Source of the DNA: Schmidtea polychroa | Lineage: Eukaryota | Direction: 5' to 3' | DNA length: 64,000 bases | NCBI GenBank assembly: GCA_044892525.1 | Contig: CM097886.1 | Location: 103,354,001-103,418,000 of the forward strand | In this document: positions 58,400 to 64,000 of the stretch, piece by piece | Layout: every line of letters starts with the position of its first letter | Position numbering within the stretch: the stretch's first letter is position 1 | Notes under the pieces: generated by a model | The model's input: the letters and a program-made list of their open reading frames with translations, nothing else | Told to the model about the DNA's origin: nothing | Databases searched by the model: none | Made by a program: the position numbers and the translations under genes

Positions 58400-61300
58400 A
58401 TGATGCAGTGTACATGGGTATTACTTTTTATGCTCTTAATGTTTTACTTAATTTAGTCCTTATTAAATCCATCGGCCAATTTTCTCAGCAACATCAAGTC
58501 ATTCCATAAATATGAAAAGTTCATTAAAGTTGAGAAGGGATCTGAGGTCTATCTTTTATATTAATATTTTTATATTGTGATATTTTTTAGAAAAATTACT
58601 TCCTCAATAATTTTGTCAAACAATTAGAGTTATCGCCTGAAATTGTGAAAATTCTAGCCGATGATATGAAGAAAAATGGAATTCTAAATTTTAATTTTCA
58701 TTCACGACTTAATCGACAAAATATTAATTTATTAGTTAAGCGAACTTTTTTGACAGCGCGTCCACCTGAACGACAGAAAATCTCAAAGTCCGATTATAAT
58801 TCAAAAACTTTGGATCCAATCAGAAAAATTTTAGAATCATATAGATTGAAACCAGAAACTCAAATACACATAATAGAAGCTTTTCATTTGGGTGATGAAA
58901 GAACTAAATTTAAATCTACTGGAGGAATTCCTTATTTTAGATATGCTATAATTTTTGGGTGTGCACTGGTACTGATGTATGTCATATTCGTTTTTATGAA
59001 TAATTTTGCAGCGAACAGTGAGTATTATCGTATTTTATTTTCAATTATCTGATCAACTGCTAAATTCAATTTATAAAGTGCACTGAGTGATAAAAGAAAT
59101 AGGGAAATTGCTAATTAAAAAAAGAAATTAATAAAGCTATAGACGATTAAAAATCAATTAATGATTCTAATTATTAGTGTGATATGACATTGAATTGTGA
59201 ACACAATTTACAAAATATACTTAAATTTTTTATATTGTTAAATGATTCGTTTGAAAGACTTTTGAATAAACAAAATTTTCAATATATAATTCTTTCTAAA
59301 TTAACAATAAAAAATTACGGTCTTTATATATAAAATTAAAATATTATATGTCATGATAGAATAACTGTAAAAATTTTGTAATACTTGGAAAAACTAAACC
59401 TTATAGTTTACATAATTCAAATCGACTCAGGGAGTTTGTCAAAAATTCTTTTTTATCAACATTTGATGTTGAATGACTATTGCTGCACTAAGAATTTATA
59501 TAAAAGCAATTCCAATTTTTATTATTTTTAAATTACCGTAAAATCTCGATTGAAGTTCGCATGTTGCATTTCTGTTATGTCATACAAAAATAACAATAAT
59601 TCATTAAAAATAAATTTATTTTTAGAAAAAATAAATTAAAAGGTAAACGATAAATTTTGATAAAGTATATCTAGAAATAGTGATCTTCCTCGTTGTTAAG
59701 TGCTTAATCTGTATCATCACAAATTTCATCATTTTAATTTTAATACATAATCTTATCCAACAGAAATTAACATCAAGATTATTCGAAATTCAACATGTAA
59801 GATAACCTTTGAATTATAGATGCTTTCCATCTTAACAAGGGTGAGTTAACCCACGTGGCCATTAAGAATATATAGGTATCCCTCAAGTTACGCGATTATT
59901 TGGTTCCATATAAGGGAGCATCCATTAAGGACGTCCCCAAAAAATAAGCACTATTTGACCCCCCTCCCCTTGTCACTTTTATCTCCCTTTTCTGGAGCCC
60001 CCCCGGGGACATCCCTCCGAAAACAGAACTCCCCTATTTTCAGACGAAATTTAGAACATAAAATTATAATATTAGGCAGATTATTTTGTTGCTGGTAATA
60101 CATAAAATTGTCCAAATTTAAAAAGAGAATCCATTTTTTAAAACAAAATTAATAAAGCTAATATAGGCACCTGTCTTTTAATTAGTAGCCTAAATTATTT
60201 CAATCTAATGTTTACTCGTCCTCCCATGGTGATTGGGTAGGTATTAGGTTTAGTCTGAGGATGTCCCAAGCACTTGGAACCCCTCCTCCATTGTCCACAT
60301 ATGTCCCCTCTGTAGAGACCCCCCTCACTCTTAAGGGACGTCCTTAATGGATGCTCCCTAAGTCAAGACTCAGGATTAATGCAAACTTAAATATGGAGTT
60401 TCAATGCAAGAAATATTATTTTATTTAGTATTAGTTCATAAAAATAGTGTCGTGGGCAAAAATATCTATATCTGAAAATTTTCATAAATATTTTATTAAA
60501 CTATAAAATATTGTTGGTACAAAAATTCTTTGAAATGAATATCATTATTTTCCTATTCATTATCGCTAGTGTCAAACCAAAGTTTTTTTCATTCGGTATT
60601 TCTTCTTTTAGGATGCTGAATATCATCATCGCTTGATATTTATTTATACAGTCTTACCCCGGTTAACGTTGTTAAATGGTTCCAGAAAAACGCGATGTTA
60701 ACCGAAACAACGTTATACGAAGCAATTATAATTAAGAAAAAAATTCGCAATTAAATAGATTTAAAAGATTAAGAGAATTTTGATATTATGAAAATTAGAT
60801 TTAATTCTTTATTAGAATATGTAATATATAATAAAATAATTAATTACATAATATTATGTACAAAAATATAATATTATGTACACCGCTTGCTTAGTTTTTG
60901 AAAAAACGGTTTTATTAAAAAAAAAACGTTACAGCGAAGCCACGCAACGTTACAGTGGGGTATGACTATAATGGTGGACCGGCGTTACAGCGAAACAACT
61001 TTATTCGGGGCAACGTTATCCGGGGTATGACTGTATATACAAACATAATGTTTTTACTCATAGTTTCTCTGTCAGTAGCAGTATGTATTTCAAAATATTG
61101 TATCTGTTTTATGTAAAAACATTTATCTATAATTATATAAATACATACACCTTATTTTCTTCTTAAATAAAAACTGCGTAACTCGAGGGATATATGTACG
61201 TATAAATGAGGCATTACACATCTGATAATAACCATTCTAGTTGTGCAAATATAATTTTATAAGTATTTTTGTTCATTATCAAAATTAGACAATTTTTGCG

Positions 61301-62389
61301 CGGATGTTATATGAGCCTCGGATTTTGAGGGGGAAACGTGTAAAAATGAATTATATTCGAGATTTTATGGCAGTATAATTTTATTTATTTTTCGTATCTT
61401 TTTAATATTTTTATCTTAAATTTATTAAGATATTTCAAAAATATTTTCGAAGTCATTTGGTGAAAGTAATGTTACCTTAATTAACAAGACTAATGTAACT
61501 TTGGAAGATATTCATGGGGTATACTAAATTTTATGAAAATGAATTTATTAATGATCATTGATAGTGCGATGAAGTTAAAAAAGAAATTGAAAATATCATT
61601 TATTTTCTTAAAAACCCAAATGCATTTACTAAAATTGGTGCACAATTACCAAAAGGTTTGATATTGAATGGTCCTCCAGGTGTTGGGAAAACTCTGTTAG
61701 CAAAAGCAGTTGCCGGTGAAGCCGGGGTTTCATTTTTGTATGCATCCGGAAGTCAATTTGATGAAATGTTTGTTGGGGTTGGGGCATCAAGAATTCGTGC
61801 GATGTTCAACGCGGCTAGGGAAAATGCTCCATGTGTTGTATTCATAGACGAGCTGGATGCAGTTTGTGGTACGAGAACATCGTCAATGTTTCATCCATAT
61901 GCTAATCAGACAATCAATCAACTATTAGCTGAAATGGACGGATTTTCAGATAATGAAGGAGTTATAATAATCGGAGCTACCAATCGCATTGAAGCTCTTG
62001 ATAAAGCTGTTCTTAGACCAGGAAGATTTGATCTCAAAATTTCGGTTTACCCTCCAGATTATCTTGGGAGAATATCTATTTTCAATTTTTATTTATCAAA
62101 AGTAAAATCAGATGACTCTATTGATGTTGACACATTAGCAAAATCCACTATCGGTCAAACTGGAGCAGATATAAAAAATTTAGTTAATCAGGCTGCCATT
62201 ATTTGCGCTCTTCAAGATCAACCAGCTGTGGGAATGAATCACTTATTGGAGGCAGAATCGAAAATTCAATTGGGAGCCGTTAGAAATCGTTCCCAGCTAG
62301 AATCTGATAACCGCAATACGGCATATCATGAAGCCGGTCATTCCATTGTCAGCTATTTTAGTTTAAATAATTCACACAAAATAAAACAG
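58400..62389 (+). CDS. YME1L1: Mitochondrial i-AAA protease YME1L1/FtsH family, 5' portion (3' exons not found in the window)
   Basis: Spliced N-terminus (58400-59018) with a TM segment; TLEDIHG|CDEVKKE...PKGLILNGPPGVGKT (Walker A), VFIDELD (Walker B), ATN..ALDKAVLRPGRFD (SRH), TAYHEAGH (HExxH); donor at 62390. Confidence 0.93.
59914..60358. mobile_element. PIF/Harbinger-type MITE
   Basis: TAA|GGGAGCATCCATTAAGGACGTCCC ... GGGACGTCCTTAATGGATGCTCCC|TAA. Confidence 0.92.
60649..61033. mobile_element. Tc1/mariner (pogo/Tigger-like) MITE
   Basis: TA|CAGTCTTACCCCGGTTAACGTTG ... CAACGTTATCCGGGGTATGACTG|TA; internal partial duplicate of the right end at about 60945-60972. Confidence 0.88.
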
Positions 62390-63236
62390 GTGAGACAATT
62401 TTCACTTTAATATCTTATGAAAACTTTTTCCATGAGTTTTAAAACGTTTACCATTCAAAAATACGCTTAATAAAATTATGTCAAATTATATTTATCCACT
62501 ACTTCTCATTAAAAAATCCTTGGTTATCTAATGCAGTCAATTATTAAACTTTTAAAAATTATTTTAAAAAAATTTTAAATAATCAATTATATTTAAAATT
62601 GTTTTTAAAAAGAATGATTATTAAAAAATTTATTTATAATTTAAAATTTATATATTTTATAATTTGTTTATATATTATCAATATTCGCGGACAACGCTGA
62701 TCTAATGTACATAGTCATTTTATGTAATCACCTCTATTTATTTAGATAGTATTTTGTTTTTAATAGATCGTTAGTATTTTATTAAATAAACCATTATAAA
62801 ATTATATTTTGGATAGTTTAATTTTATTTTTACAATGCACTTCTACATTTTTTTCTATATGATTCATATTTTTGTTTATTAAATTTAATATGGATTTATA
62901 ACACTAAAACCTCAATTTGCGTCGTTTTCGAAGTTGCGTTGATTTTGAAATTTTGTTATTTCAGAGTTGCGTCGTTAAAATTTCGATTTGCGTTGCTTAA
63001 ATTTCATATTTTTATATTTTGATTATTTAATGGATTTTTATGTTATTTTATCTCTTATTCAATGAATTTATGTTTTATATTTTCGCCATTCGTACATCTT
63101 TTTCACTATATATTTCGATAGCATCACTATCATCATCAGGTTAATCTATTAATCTATAAATAATCAATTATTAAACTTTTAAAAATTATTTTAAAAATAA
63201 TTTTAAAAATGATTATTAAAAATTTTTATTTATAAT

Positions 63237-63328
<92 letters not shown>

Positions 63329-63331
<3 letters not shown>

Positions 63332-63622
63332 TGCTCGAAGTGAGGCGGGATAGCCGGGATATTATCCCGGCATTGATTATGTAGGCGGAATTGCATCCCG
63401 GCACTTCATTTCATATAATCTATAGGTTTATCCCGGTACTTATTTCATTTTATAGGCACACAAATACTGCAATTAAGGTCACACATAGTACATCCATATA
63501 TGTATGTATATATATATTCTTTATTCTCTATTCTATATTCAATTTGTTGGACACCCCCCCAAAGTTTTCTGCATAAAAGCCTGGAATCCTGGGTGCCACA
63601 GCATGCCTATCCCGGCACATAT
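63329..63622 (+). mobile_element. Left end of a hAT-like MITE inserted in (TA)n, cut by the gap
   Basis: CAGTGCTCGAAGTG start; repeated ATCCCGG(C/T)A motifs. Confidence 0.6.
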
Positions 63623-64000
63623 NNNNNNNNNNNNNNNNNNNNNNNNNNNNNNNNNNNNNNNNNNNNNNNNNNNNNNNNNNNNNNNNNNNNNNNNNNNNNN
63701 NNNNNNNNNNNNNNNNNNNNNNNNNNNNNNNNNNNNNNNNNNNNNNNNNNNGATGATAGTGATGCTATCGAAATATATAGTGAAAAAGATGTACGAATGG
63801 CGATTTTTATTAATAATTTTAATGAATTTATGTATTATATTTAATGTTGGTTTATGTATTACATGTATACATAACGATTGAAATAAAAATAGTTTTTAAT
63901 CCAAGGGATATTTTGTTTTAGTACTTATTAATAAAATGCATTTTTATATCAAAAAAATTAATTTCGATTTGCGTCGTCTTTCTTGGTGCCCAATTAACGG

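Noticed and set aside
63752-63844. DDSDAIEIYSEKDVRMAI as a PB1-like motif or a YME1L1 exon
   Set aside because: Does not match the M41 peptidase continuation and lies within an inverted repeat
1283-63881. Many 60-110 aa ORFs rich in F/I/L/Y or K/N in the ORF track
   Set aside because: Low-complexity products of AT-rich LTR or intron DNA, or antisense shadows of real ORFs

Overview
AT-rich animal nuclear scaffold, by eye about 25-30% GC, with three N gaps. Host genes have very short (about 35-50 nt) GT-AG introns plus a few kb-sized introns filled with transposons. This style suggests a compact parasite genome such as an orthonectid or myxozoan (inference only). Five host genes were reconstructed by hand: a divergent histone H3 variant, probably CENP-A/cenH3 (14118-14630 +), V-ATPase subunit H (19804-26465 -), Nup54 (33416-39340 +), MRGBP/Eaf7 (43497-43816 +) and the 5' part of YME1L1 (58400-62389 +). 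The rest is largely mobile DNA. It includes two LTR-bounded but decayed Ty3/Gypsy elements, one intact compact hAT transposon, a 3'-truncated hATm-type transposon, MITEs of four superfamilies with visible TIRs/TSDs, long solo LTRs, and piggyBac, hAT and Polinton-polymerase relics. The most unusual items are: a Gypsy element with about 95-bp LTRs and no tRNA PBS but a possible self-priming duplex; the cenH3 candidate with a canonical-length loop 1; an ABB higher-order repeat inside an intron; a perfect 339-bp palindrome ending in T16 next to a decayed DEDDh (REXO4/ISG20-like) exonuclease cassette; and an intronless RNF115/126 pseudogene. No rRNA, tRNA or CRISPR array could be supported.
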